64,000 nt of DNA, taken from assembly GCA_005887995.1 (NCBI GenBank), contig VBJD01000029.1, positions 3,326 to 67,325 on the forward strand. Direction: 5' to 3'. Under the pieces are notes generated by a model. The model did no database searches and was not told where the DNA came from. It worked only from the letters and a program-made list of their open reading frames with translations. Source of the DNA: Chloroflexota bacterium (GTDB taxonomy: Bacteria > Chloroflexota > Limnocylindria > P2-11E). Position numbers and translations under genes: made by a program. Positions 27,388-36,692 of the stretch are shown one piece after another (position 1 is the first letter of the stretch; each line of letters starts with the position of its first letter).

Positions 27388-29559
27388 TTGGCTGAAGGCA
27401 AACAGGACCTGGTGGTCGTGGAGTCGCCGACGAAGGCGAGAACGCTCGAACGGATGCTCGGTAACGAGTACAAGGTCGAGGCGTCGTTCGGCCATATCCG
27501 CGACCTACCGAAGTCGAAGATGGGCGTCGACCTCAAGACGTTCCTGCCTGAGTACGTCGTCCCGGACGACTCGGAGAAGCAGGTGCGCCTCCTCCGGAGG
27601 GAGGCCAAGGCGGCCGCCCACGTCTGGCTTGCGACTGACCTCGACCGCGAGGGTGAGGCCATCGCTTGGCACATCGCCGACGTCATCAAGGTCCCGGCGT
27701 CGAAGCTCCGCCGCGTGACGTTCCACGAGATCACGCCGGCGGCGATCAAGGACTCGTTCAAGCATCCGCGCGACATCAACCAGGATCTGGTGAACGCCCA
27801 GCAGGCGCGTCGCGTCGTCGACCGGCTGGTCGGTTACACGATGTCGCCGCTCCTCTGGAAGAAGATCCGCTACGGACTCTCCGCCGGCCGAGTTCAGTCC
27901 GTCGCGCTGCGCCTGGTCGTCGACCGCGAGCGCGAGATCCAGGCGTTCGCCCCGCAGGAGTACTGGAGCATCGAGGCGCTCCTCGCGAACATGGCCGGCG
28001 AGTCGTTCACGGCCGAGGTCATCCAGCTCAAGGGCAAGAAGCTCGAGATCCCCAACGGCGAGGCGGCCGAGAAGCACCGCGCCGCGCTCGAGAAGGCCGC
28101 ATACGTCGTGAAGAGTCTCGAGACGCGCGAGAGCGGACGCAATGCCGCGCCGTCGTTCACCACCTCGACGCTGCAGCAGGAGGCCTCGCGCAAGCTCGGC
28201 TTCGCCGTGCGCCGGACGATGGTCGTCGCGCAGCAGCTCTACGAGGGCGTCTCGCTCGGCGACGCGCCGGTCGGCCTCATCACCTATATGCGAACCGACT
28301 CGCTGCACGTCGCCGAGAGCGCGCTCCGTCAAGCGAAGGACGTCGTGACGCGCGAGTTCGGAGCGGAATACGCGCTCGAGCATCCGCGGCATTACAAGAC
28401 GCGGTCGAAGGGCGCGCAGGAGGCGCACGAGGCGATCCGCCCGACCGACCTGTCGCGCACGCCGGGGTACCTCAAGCGGTATCTCAAGCCCGATCAGTTG
28501 AAGCTGTACACGCTCATCTGGCAACGCATGCTCGCCTCTCAGATGGCCCCGGCGCGTTTCGAGAACACACGGCTCGATGTCGAGGCGGGGCAGTACGTCC
28601 TGCGCGCGAACGGCCGCCGCGTGATCTTCGACGGCTTCCTGCGCGTGTACAGCGAGGGTCGCGACGACGATCAAGAGGAGAAGGAGGCTCTCCCGCTGCC
28701 CGTCGTCACCGCGGGCGAGGCGCTGAAGCTCTTCGAGCTGAAGCCGTCACAGCACTTCACGCAGCCGCCGCCGCGCTTCACCGAGGCATCGCTGGTGAAG
28801 GCGCTCGAGGAGTTCGGCATCGGCCGTCCCTCGACGTACGCGCCGACGATCTCGACGCTCGTCGGTCGCCGGTACGTGCGCAAGGAGGGACGCGCGCTCA
28901 TCCCCGAGGATGTGGGGTTCGTCGTCACCGATTTCCTGAAAGAGCACTTCTCCGACATCGTCGACACCGGCTTCACCGCGCGGATGGAGGAGGATCTCGA
29001 CAAGATCGCCGAGGGCGAGGTCGAGTGGGTCCCCGTCGTTCGCGACTTCTTCGGGCCATTCAGCAAGCGCGTCGAGGAGAAGACGAAGAGCGTCAAGAAA
29101 TCCGACGTCACCGAGACGGCGACGGACAAGACCTGCCCGAAGTGCGGCCGGCCCGTGGTCATCAAGCTCGGACGCTTCGGCCGTTTCTACTCGTGCACCG
29201 GGTTCAAGAAGACGAAGAAGGGCGAGCCGCAGCCGCCGGGTGCGTGCGACTACGCCGAGCCGCTCGAAGGGCAGGCCGAGCCGCAGATCGAGATCATCGA
29301 GGGCGAGATGTGCCCGGACTGCGGCAAGCCGCTGGCGAAGCGGCGGGGCCGTTTCGGCCCGTTCATCGGGTGCACCGGCTATCCGGACTGCAAGTACGTG
29401 AAGAAGCAGGTCGAGAAGATGGGCGTCGTGTGCCCGGACTGCGGCAAGGGCGAGCTCGTCCGCCGCCGGGGCCGCGGCCGCAGCGTCTTCTTCGGCTGCG
29501 AGCGGTACCCGGAGTGCACCTTCACCGCGCGAGAGCTGCCCAGCAAAGACGCCGCATAG
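27388..29559 (+). CDS. topA: DNA topoisomerase I with four C-terminal C4 zinc ribbons
   Basis: TOPRIM 'LVVVESPTKARTL' and 'ATDLDREGEAI', plus the active-site region 'GLITYMRTDS'. C-terminal CxxC...CxxC motifs occur four times. The start is probably TTG 27388 (AGGA 7 nt upstream); the listed 27316 start would run through the terminator hairpin. Confidence 0.95.
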   Translation: MAEGKQDLVVVESPTKARTLERMLGNEYKVEASFGHIRDLPKSKMGVDLKTFLPEYVVPDDSEKQVRLLRREAKAAAHVWLATDLDREGEAIAWHIADVIKVPASKLRRVTFHEITPAAIKDSFKHPRDINQDLVNAQQARRVVDRLVGYTMSPLLWKKIRYGLSAGRVQSVALRLVVDREREIQAFAPQEYWSIEALLANMAGESFTAEVIQLKGKKLEIPNGEAAEKHRAALEKAAYVVKSLETRESGRNAAPSFTTSTLQQEASRKLGFAVRRTMVVAQQLYEGVSLGDAPVGLITYMRTDSLHVAESALRQAKDVVTREFGAEYALEHPRHYKTRSKGAQEAHEAIRPTDLSRTPGYLKRYLKPDQLKLYTLIWQRMLASQMAPARFENTRLDVEAGQYVLRANGRRVIFDGFLRVYSEGRDDDQEEKEALPLPVVTAGEALKLFELKPSQHFTQPPPRFTEASLVKALEEFGIGRPSTYAPTISTLVGRRYVRKEGRALIPEDVGFVVTDFLKEHFSDIVDTGFTARMEEDLDKIAEGEVEWVPVVRDFFGPFSKRVEEKTKSVKKSDVTETATDKTCPKCGRPVVIKLGRFGRFYSCTGFKKTKKGEPQPPGACDYAEPLEGQAEPQIEIIEGEMCPDCGKPLAKRRGRFGPFIGCTGYPDCKYVKKQVEKMGVVCPDCGKGELVRRRGRGRSVFFGCERYPECTFTARELPSKDAA

Positions 29560-29589
29560 TCCTTCTTCAAATGAAGGCGAGCGACGAGC

Positions 29590-29645
29590 GGCTCAGGGGG
29601 AGGGGCCCCTGTTCAGTGAGCGGAGCGAGCGTGCGCGAGGAGCGA
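29590..29645 (+). repeat. Dispersed hairpin repeat, copy A (topA-FemAB spacer)
   Basis: ggctcagggggaggggcccctgttcagtgagcggagcgagcgtgcgcgagg is nearly identical to copy B. Hairpin at 29594-29611. A second 10-bp-stem hairpin lies at 29662-29684 (CGCGGCGTCG-agg-CGACGCCGCG). Confidence 0.9.
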
Positions 29646-29710
29646 GACCACTCAAGCGGAGCGCGGCGTCGAGGCGACGCCGCGAAGCAGGCGGAGACGA
29701 GCGCCAAGAC

Positions 29711-30706
29711 ATGAAGGCGCAACCGCTGACGGCCGAGGACGACGCGCGCTGGGATGAGCTGGTGATCGGCACCGGTCGCCCGCACATCCTCCAATCGCGC
29801 GCCTGGGCCGAGCTCAAGTCCGCCACCGGCTGGTCCGCGCGTCGCTACGTCCTCGATGAGAACGGTCAGCGTCGCGGCGTCGCGCAGGTGCTTACACGGT
29901 CGCTGCCGCTCGGGATCAGCGTCGCGTACTCGCCCCGCGGCCCGCTCGTCGAGCCTCGCGATCTCGCTGCCGCCATCGTCGCGTTGCGAGACGCGCTCGC
30001 GGCCGATCGCTGCGCGAGCCTGCTCTGTGATCCTGAAGCGCCGCGCGACGAGTCGGTGCTCGCCGAACTGCGCGATCGCGGCGTACGTCGTTCACCCGTG
30101 TTCGTGCAGCCGCGCCGCACGCTGCTCATGGATCTCACGCGAAGCGATGACGAGCTCTTCGGCGCCATGAAGAAGAAGACACGGCAGTACGTGCACAAGG
30201 CCGAGCGGGCCGGCGTGGTCACCGAGGAGACAAAAGATCTCGACCGCTTCCTCGTCGTGCTGCGCGCCGTCGCGGATCGCGAACACTTCGGCATCCATTC
30301 GCGCGACTATTTCGCACGCCTGCTGGAGGCGTTCGGCGAACGCGCGCACCTGCTGATGGCGCGCGTCGGCGACGAGGACTGTGGTGCGCTCCTCGTCGGC
30401 CGTCTCGCGGATCGTGCATGGGAGCTCTTCGGCGGGTGGAGCGGCGCGCACACCGAGGCGCGTCCTTTCTATCTGCTCAAGTGGCGCTCGATGATGCGCA
30501 TGCGCGCGCTCGGTGCGAAGCGCTACGACATGTGGGGCCTCGCGGAGGGCGCGGACGATCCGCTTGCCGGCGTCGAGAACTTCAAGCTCGGCTTCGGCGG
30601 CGAGATCGCGGAGTGGATCGGCGCGCTCGAGACGCCGGTGCGCGCGGTGCTCTATCCGGTGTGGCAGCTCGCGGGACGCCGCAGGCTCGCGCGGTCGGCG
30701 GCATGA
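29711..30706 (+). CDS. FemAB-family peptidoglycan bridge-forming aminoacyltransferase
   Basis: 'W..LV......HILQSRAWAELK...GW', 'TRQYVHKAERAGV', 'HFGIHSRDYF' and 'YLLKW..M' are typical of FemX/lipid II:amino acid transferases. Confidence 0.8.
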   Translation: MKAQPLTAEDDARWDELVIGTGRPHILQSRAWAELKSATGWSARRYVLDENGQRRGVAQVLTRSLPLGISVAYSPRGPLVEPRDLAAAIVALRDALAADRCASLLCDPEAPRDESVLAELRDRGVRRSPVFVQPRRTLLMDLTRSDDELFGAMKKKTRQYVHKAERAGVVTEETKDLDRFLVVLRAVADREHFGIHSRDYFARLLEAFGERAHLLMARVGDEDCGALLVGRLADRAWELFGGWSGAHTEARPFYLLKWRSMMRMRALGAKRYDMWGLAEGADDPLAGVENFKLGFGGEIAEWIGALETPVRAVLYPVWQLAGRRRLARSAA

Positions 30707-31710
30707 CCGACGCGCCTGCCGGCTGGGACGACGCCGCTGTGCGCTCGCCGCGTGGTCATGCGATGCAGTCCAGCGCCTGGGCGCGCATCCGCGAATCGCA
30801 GGGATGGCGGGCCGAGTTCGTCCGTATCGAGGACCCGCTGCCGGTCGCGCTCGTGCTGTGGCGTGACGTCCTCCCTGGCCGACCGATCGGATACGTGCCG
30901 CGTGGGCCCGTGCTCGCGGACTTAGATGATCTTCCCCAAGCGCTGCGGGCGTTGGCGACGCTCGCTGACGCACGGAACGCGATCTTCCTAAAGGTCGATC
31001 CAGAGCTCGACCCGAGCGTGCTGCCCGCGATGCGTGAGGCTGGCTATCGCAGAGGCGGCGATATCCAGCCGGTCGTTGCGACGCTGCAACTGGGTCTCGC
31101 CCGCGACGAGGAATCTCTTCTCGGGGACATGGAGAAGGACACACGTTGGAGCGTGCGTCAGGCCCCGAAGCGCGGTGTGACGACGCGCGCGGCGACTGAC
31201 GACGGGGGCCTGCGCGCGTTCTACGACCTATACGCGGAGACCGGCGAGCGCGCCGGGTTCATCACGCGCACGTGGGAGTACTACCGGGACACGTGGCGCG
31301 CGCTTATCGATGCCGATCTGGCGACCCTTCGACTCGCCTACGTCGACGGCGCGGCGGTCGCCGGCGCGATGGTGTGGCGTTGCGGTGATCGTGCGCTCTA
31401 CCAGACGGGCGCGACGAACGAGGCCGGACGAAAGTCGTACGCGGCCTATCTGCTGCTTTGGGAGTGCATCATCGAAGCGAAGCGCGCGGGTCGCGCGGTC
31501 TTCGACTTGGGCGGAATTCCGCGTCATCTTGAGCGAAAGGACGACCCGATGTACGGCCCGTATCTCTTCAAGCGCGGCTTCGGCGGTGATGTTCGCCACT
31601 GGGTCGGGGCGAACGACTTCGTGCCGTCACCAGTTCTCTATTGGGGGTACGGCATCCTCGAGCCGCTGTACGCGAGCGCTCTCCGTCTTCGCGCGAGGCT
31701 CCGCCGGTGA
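30703..31710 (+). CDS. FemAB-family aminoacyltransferase (second paralogue)
   Basis: 'GHAMQSSAWARIRESQGWRAEF', 'TRWSVRQAPKRGV', 'YAAYLLLWECI' and 'FDLGGI'. ATGA overlap with the upstream paralogue. Confidence 0.8.
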   Translation: MTDAPAGWDDAAVRSPRGHAMQSSAWARIRESQGWRAEFVRIEDPLPVALVLWRDVLPGRPIGYVPRGPVLADLDDLPQALRALATLADARNAIFLKVDPELDPSVLPAMREAGYRRGGDIQPVVATLQLGLARDEESLLGDMEKDTRWSVRQAPKRGVTTRAATDDGGLRAFYDLYAETGERAGFITRTWEYYRDTWRALIDADLATLRLAYVDGAAVAGAMVWRCGDRALYQTGATNEAGRKSYAAYLLLWECIIEAKRAGRAVFDLGGIPRHLERKDDPMYGPYLFKRGFGGDVRHWVGANDFVPSPVLYWGYGILEPLYASALRLRARLRR

Positions 31711-33206
31711 AGCTCGCCGCGCTCTTCGGCGCTTGCGGCATCGCGGTCCCCGAAGGCGCGGCCGACGCCGATGTGCGCAAGCTCGCGTACGACTCGCGCA
31801 AGGTCGAGCCGGGCAGCGTCTTCGTCGCGATCGCGGGTTTCCACCGCGACGGGCACGAGTTCATCGCCGATGCGACCAAGCGCGGCGCGATCGCGGTCGT
31901 CGCTGAGAAGAAGCTGCGGACGAAGGCGCCACTCGCGATCGTCCCCGACACGCGCGCCGCCTTGGCGGACCTCGCGGCCGAGCTTTTCGATCATCCGACG
32001 CGGCGACTGAAGCTCGCCGCGGTCACAGGCACCGACGGCAAGACGACGACGGTGCATCTCGTGTCCGATGTCCTCGAAGCAGCGGGCGAGCGCACCGGGT
32101 ACTCGACGACGGTGGACTTTAAGCTCGCGGGCCACGAGTGGCCGAACGAGACGCGGCAGAGCACGCAGGAGGCGATCGAGATCCAGGAGTTCTTCGCCGA
32201 GCTCCTCGTCGCCGGCGGGACGTGGGGCGTGCTCGAGGCGACGTCGCACGCGCTCGCGCTGCGAAAGGTGCGCGGGTGTGAGATCGACGTCGCGGTGTTC
32301 ACCAACCTGTCGCCTGAGCATCTCGACTTCCATGGATCCCTTCAGGGGTACCTCGACGCGAAGGCGATCCTCTTCACGATGCTCGGAAGCAGCGCGGAGA
32401 AAGGCGTCGTCAAGACCGCGGTGCTCAATGCCGACGATCCGCACTGGAGCTATCTCGCCGATCGCGCCGCGCCCGCCCGCGTGCTCACCTACGGCGTAGA
32501 CGCGCACGCCGACGTGCAGGGCACGGTGACTGCGGCGGATTCGAGCGGGTCGACGCTGCGCATCGCGGCGACGGGATCCGAGGTCGAGCTGCGGCTGCCG
32601 CTCGTCGGTCGCTTCAACGTGCACAACGCGCTCGCGGCCGCGGGCGCCGGGATCGCCGCCGGCGTCCCGCTCCCCGCGATCAAGGTGGCGCTCGAAAAGG
32701 CGCGCCCGGTGCGCGGGCGCATGGAGCGCGTCGACGCGGGGCAACCCTTCACCGTGATCGTCGACTACGCGCACACGCCGGAGTCGCTCGACAAGGTGCT
32801 CTCGCTGCTGCGCCCACTCACGAAAGGCCGCCTCATCGCGGTGTTCGGTAGCGCGGGCGAGCGCGATCGCGCGAAGCGGCCGCGCCTCGCGGAGGCCGCT
32901 TCTCGCTATGCCGACCTCTTCGTGATCACGCAGGAGGATCCGCGGCTCGAGGATCCGAAGGCCATCCTCTCGGAGATCGAGGCGGGCGCGGTGAGCAGCG
33001 GAAAGCGCTCCGGTGAGGATTACCTCGTGATCGACGATCGCGCGCAGGCGGTGCGGGAGGCGATCCGCCGCGCGAAGCCCGGCGACACGGTGCTCCTCGC
33101 GGGCAAGGGACACGAGGCATCGATCATCGTCGGCGAGGAGAAGGTCCCCTGGGATGAGGCCGGCGCTGCGCGCACGGCGCTGCGCGAGGTCGGCTTCGCC
33201 GCATGA
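31707..33206 (+). CDS. murE: UDP-N-acetylmuramoyl-L-alanyl-D-glutamate--2,6-diaminopimelate (or L-Lys) ligase MurE
   Basis: 'DSRKVEPGSVFVAI.G...DGHEF', 'VTGTDGKTT', 'LEATSHAL', 'VDYAHTP' and 'GSAGERD..KRP'. GTGA overlap with the upstream gene. Amino-acid specificity is not determined here. Confidence 0.92.
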   Translation: MKLAALFGACGIAVPEGAADADVRKLAYDSRKVEPGSVFVAIAGFHRDGHEFIADATKRGAIAVVAEKKLRTKAPLAIVPDTRAALADLAAELFDHPTRRLKLAAVTGTDGKTTTVHLVSDVLEAAGERTGYSTTVDFKLAGHEWPNETRQSTQEAIEIQEFFAELLVAGGTWGVLEATSHALALRKVRGCEIDVAVFTNLSPEHLDFHGSLQGYLDAKAILFTMLGSSAEKGVVKTAVLNADDPHWSYLADRAAPARVLTYGVDAHADVQGTVTAADSSGSTLRIAATGSEVELRLPLVGRFNVHNALAAAGAGIAAGVPLPAIKVALEKARPVRGRMERVDAGQPFTVIVDYAHTPESLDKVLSLLRPLTKGRLIAVFGSAGERDRAKRPRLAEAASRYADLFVITQEDPRLEDPKAILSEIEAGAVSSGKRSGEDYLVIDDRAQAVREAIRRAKPGDTVLLAGKGHEASIIVGEEKVPWDEAGAARTALREVGFAA

Positions 33207-33853
33207 CGCGCCAGATCCGCTCGAGCGACACGGCGACGCGCGTGCAGACGCGCGCGCTTGCGGCGCATCGTCGCGCGCTCGTCGCGCAGCTGCGAGAGGA
33301 GATCGGCGTCCCGCGGGTGGTCCGGGCGGGCCGGGCGATGCTCGTCATGCTCATGGGCTATCCGGGCGTGGGGAAGTCGCACTGCGCGAGATTGCTCGCG
33401 GCACGGCTCGGCGCCGCGCACGTCGCGACGGATCACCTCCGCAACCGGCTCTTCATCGCCGCGACCTACGCCGATGAGGAGAACGAAGCGGTGTTCGGGA
33501 TCGCGGAGGCGCTCGTCGACCAGCTGCTCGCCGAGGGGCACGCCGTCGTCCTTGACGCGACGCATCTGCTCGCGCGCTACCGGTCGCCGGCCGAGAAGGT
33601 CGCCCGGGCGCGCGGCGCGCCGATCCACCACGTCCTCGTCAGCGCCGACGACGCCGAGACGCGCGCCCGGCTCAAAAGGCGCATGACCGAGCGGGAGGCG
33701 GGCGATCACTCCGATGCCGACCTCGGGGTGTACGACCGGATGCGCGCGCGAGCGTTCGAGCCGCCCGCTCACGGCTACCTGGAGATCCGCAACGGTGACG
33801 CGGTCGGACCCGAGATCGAGCGCGTCGCTTCGCTCATCGCGGACGCGGAATGA
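33203..33853 (+). CDS. P-loop kinase-like protein (AAA_33/zeta-toxin-like fold class)
   Basis: Walker A 'GYPGVGKSH', Walker-B-like 'VVLDAT' and an Arg-rich lid 'RARLKRR'. ATGA overlaps on both sides, with murE upstream and the PD40 protein downstream. Confidence 0.6.
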   Translation: MTRQIRSSDTATRVQTRALAAHRRALVAQLREEIGVPRVVRAGRAMLVMLMGYPGVGKSHCARLLAARLGAAHVATDHLRNRLFIAATYADEENEAVFGIAEALVDQLLAEGHAVVLDATHLLARYRSPAEKVARARGAPIHHVLVSADDAETRARLKRRMTEREAGDHSDADLGVYDRMRARAFEPPAHGYLEIRNGDAVGPEIERVASLIADAE

Positions 33854-34890
33854 CCAGACGCGACCTGCTGTTCGGCGCGATCGCGGTGGCGCTGCTCATC
33901 GGCTACAGCGTCGTGGCCTCTCAGGCCGCGCCGCTCATCGTGCCGGCCGGGACGCTGACGCCGACCCCGCCGCGGCCGACGGCGACCGTCGAGGCGCCGC
34001 GCGTCTCCGGGACGATCGCGTTCACGCTGCGGGGTGACGTCTACATCCTGCACGAGGGCAAGTACTTCAGCATCACCTCCGAGGGCCGGAGCACGGAGCC
34101 GAGCCTGTCGCCGGACGGGCGCACCGTCGTCTTCGCGCGCACCGAGCAGATCGACGGCAAGCGTGAGGTCGACGGACAGGTCGTGCCGGCGCTCGTGCGC
34201 TACACGAACATCGTGAAGAAGGACGCGTCCGGCGGGCCGGAGACGATCGTGCTCGACGGCCTGCGCATCCGCGCCGCCTCCGGTTTCCACGTCGTCGCGT
34301 GGCAGAACGGGCCCGCGATCTCACCGGACGGAAAGAGGCTGGCGATCGTCACCGACGCAGGCGAGGGATCGTCCGACCTCGAGGTCTACGACCTCGCGAC
34401 GGGCAAACGGCTCTCGCTGCTCTCACAGGGATCGAACCTCGCGGATCCGGCTTGGTCGCCGGACGGGAAGACCATCGCGGTCACGTCGTACACGCTCGGC
34501 GCGCCGCGCATTCTCCTCGTCGCGGCGGATGGGACGAAGGCCGATCCGCAGAAGGTGAGCGCGGACGGCGAGTACTACCGGCCCTCGTACTCGCCGGACG
34601 GCGTGTGGATCGTGTACACGCTGCGCCATCCGAGGGGCGGCAACGACGTGCATGCCGTCGAGGTGAAGACGGGGCGTGACGTCGCGCTCACTGACGATGG
34701 CCACAGCTGGAACGGCGCGTTCTCATCCGACGGCGGATCGATCGCCTACCTACACGAGTCCGGCGGTGTCATCGACCTCTATGCGATGGATCTCGGCGCA
34801 GCCCTGTCCGGCGGGCAGGCCAAGGCGCCGGTGAAGCTGACGCGAGGCGACGGCGTCGACGGCGAGACCCGTCCGAGCTGGGGGAAGTAG
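33850..34890 (+). CDS. Membrane-anchored TolB-like PD40 beta-propeller protein
   Basis: N-terminal TM 'LLFGAIAVALLIGYSVV'. PD40 repeats recur as 'PSLSPDGRTVVF', 'PAISPDGKRLAI', 'PAWSPDGKTIAV', 'PSYSPDGVWIVY' and 'GAFSSDGGSIAY'. Confidence 0.8.
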   Translation: MTRRDLLFGAIAVALLIGYSVVASQAAPLIVPAGTLTPTPPRPTATVEAPRVSGTIAFTLRGDVYILHEGKYFSITSEGRSTEPSLSPDGRTVVFARTEQIDGKREVDGQVVPALVRYTNIVKKDASGGPETIVLDGLRIRAASGFHVVAWQNGPAISPDGKRLAIVTDAGEGSSDLEVYDLATGKRLSLLSQGSNLADPAWSPDGKTIAVTSYTLGAPRILLVAADGTKADPQKVSADGEYYRPSYSPDGVWIVYTLRHPRGGNDVHAVEVKTGRDVALTDDGHSWNGAFSSDGGSIAYLHESGGVIDLYAMDLGAALSGGQAKAPVKLTRGDGVDGETRPSWGK

Positions 34891-34900
34891 CGCTCGCGCC

Positions 34901-35776
34901 TCAGATCAGGCGCTTGCGCACCTGCGCGCTGAAGAAGTCCATCGCCGCGACGGTCACGACGATGAAGAAGATGATCAGCCCCGCGCCGCCGTACTGGAAC
35001 AAATTGATCTTCTGGAAAAGGATGAAGCCGATCCCGCCACCGCCGACCAGGCCGAGGATCGGCGCGAGGCGAACGTTCGCGTCGAGCCGGTAGATCGTGA
35101 ACGAGATGAACGGGTTGACGATCTGCGGGACCACGGCTGTCCAGATGACCTGAAAACGATTCGCCCCGGTCGCCGTGATCGCCTCGATCGGTCCGTGGTC
35201 GATCCCCTCGATCGCCTCCGAGTACAGCTTTCCCAGCACACCGATGTTGTGGAATGCGAGCGCGAACACTCCGGCCGCGCTGCCGATGCCGAGCAGGACC
35301 GCGGCGACGATCACGACGATGAGCACGTCGATCGAGCGAATGATCGTGAACATAAGACGAATGACCGTGTAGATCGTCGTGGTGACCGGGTGGCCGGTCA
35401 TGATGTTGCGGGCGCCGAAGAAGGAGAGCGGCAGCGCGATGACCACCGCGATCGCCGACGCGATGATCCCGAGGAAGATCGTGATGATCATGAGCCCCTC
35501 GACCGTGTCCCAGAACGTCTCGAATTCGTTCTGCGGCGTGAGGAGCCTGAAGTCCCAGTTGAAGAGCTGAAGGACGAGGTTGTAGGCGAACTCCGGGTTC
35601 GCGCGTGACGTGTCGATGTCCGTGACGCGGAGCCCGGTGTAGATGACGAGGATGCTCGTCGCGATGACGAGCAGCCGTCGCCAGTTGGTGAGCGGGTTCT
35701 GGCTCAGCTCCTGGGGAATGGTGAGCCCGCGGGCGACGAAGTACTCAGCCATCCGGGCGAATCTCGGGAGGTGCAC
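34901..35776 (-). CDS. phnE: Phosphonate/phosphite ABC transporter permease PhnE
   Basis: Six TM segments and the EAA-like loop 'YSEAIEGIDHGPIEAITATGANRFQVIWTAVVPQ', downstream of phnC on the same strand. Confidence 0.85.
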   Translation of the reverse strand: MHLPRFARMAEYFVARGLTIPQELSQNPLTNWRRLLVIATSILVIYTGLRVTDIDTSRANPEFAYNLVLQLFNWDFRLLTPQNEFETFWDTVEGLMIITIFLGIIASAIAVVIALPLSFFGARNIMTGHPVTTTIYTVIRLMFTIIRSIDVLIVVIVAAVLLGIGSAAGVFALAFHNIGVLGKLYSEAIEGIDHGPIEAITATGANRFQVIWTAVVPQIVNPFISFTIYRLDANVRLAPILGLVGGGGIGFILFQKINLFQYGGAGLIIFFIVVTVAAMDFFSAQVRKRLI

Positions 35777-36617
35777 CGTGGCCGGTGTCGTCGGCCATCG
35801 CGCGGAGCGCCGCCTCGGTCGCGGACATCGGCTGCGGCTGGGAACGCTCGGGACCGATCTCGACCTCGATCGCGTCCTCCCCGTAGATCTCCTTGAATCG
35901 CCGCTCGTCGATCTCGGCGGGCTTCCCGTCGAACGCGACGCGTCCGCCCTTGAGCGCGACGACGCGCGTGCCGTAGCGCCGCGCGAGCGAGAGGAAGTGC
36001 AGCGAGCAGATGACGGTGATGCCGTCCTTCTTGTTGATCTCCTCGAGGTACTTCATCACCGAATGGCTCGTCGCGGGATCGAGGCTCGCGACCGGCTCGT
36101 CCGCGAGCATGACCTCGGGTCGCTGCATGAGCGCGCGAGCGATACCGACACGCTGCTGCTGCCCGCCGGAGAGCGCGTCCGCGCGCGCGAACGCCTTGTC
36201 GACGATGCCGACGCGCCCGAGGTTCTCGAAGACCGCGCTCACATCACCGCCCGATGGCCGCGAGGCGATGGTGCGCCAGGTCGAGCGATAGCCAAGCCGA
36301 CCGGACAGGACGTTGCTGAAGACCGAGGTGCGACGCACGAGGTTGAACTGCTGGAAGATCATCCCGATCCGCCTGCGGATGCGGCGCAGCTCCGCGCCGC
36401 GCGCGGCGGTGACATCGGCGCCCTCGAAGACGACCGTCCCGCTCGAGGGCTCGATGAGCCTGTTGATGCAGCGCAGGAGCGTCGACTTGCCGGATCCGGA
36501 GAGCCCGATGAGGACGAGGAACTCGCCAGGCTGGATGTCGAGGGTGATCCCATCGAGCGCGCGCGTCCCCGATGGATAGACCTTCACGAGGTCCTTGAGC
36601 GAGAGGATCGGTGCCAC
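35745..36617 (-). CDS. phnC: Phosphonate ABC transporter ATP-binding protein PhnC
   Basis: 'GLSGSGKSTLLRCINRL', 'LSGGQQQRVGIARAL' and 'MLADEPVASLD'. N-terminal 'LKDLVKVYPSGTRAL' is typical of PhnC. Confidence 0.9.
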   Translation of the reverse strand: MAPILSLKDLVKVYPSGTRALDGITLDIQPGEFLVLIGLSGSGKSTLLRCINRLIEPSSGTVVFEGADVTAARGAELRRIRRRIGMIFQQFNLVRRTSVFSNVLSGRLGYRSTWRTIASRPSGGDVSAVFENLGRVGIVDKAFARADALSGGQQQRVGIARALMQRPEVMLADEPVASLDPATSHSVMKYLEEINKKDGITVICSLHFLSLARRYGTRVVALKGGRVAFDGKPAEIDERRFKEIYGEDAIEVEIGPERSQPQPMSATEAALRAMADDTGHGAPPEIRPDG

Positions 36618-36639
36618 CGAGCGGAGTCTAGGAACAGAG

Positions 36640-36665
36640 AAGGCCGCCGGTCTCCCGGCGGCCTT
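36640..36665 (-). promoter_or_regulatory. Intercistronic 11-bp-stem hairpin between phnD and phnC
   Basis: AAGGCCGCCGG-tctc-CCGGCGGCCTT is a perfect inverted repeat directly after the phnD stop. This is a common arrangement for stabilising or attenuating binding-protein transcripts. Confidence 0.6.
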
Positions 36666-36692
36666 CAGCGATCAGACCAGAGTCGGATCAGG

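Noticed and set aside
29571-29714. The 47-codon ORF through repeat copy A as a conserved small protein.
   Set aside because: The equivalent sequence in copy B is spanned by an ORF in a different frame. In the shared frame, only about a third of the nucleotide differences between copies are synonymous. There is no evidence for a conserved peptide; only the stop/start geometry was kept as a finding.
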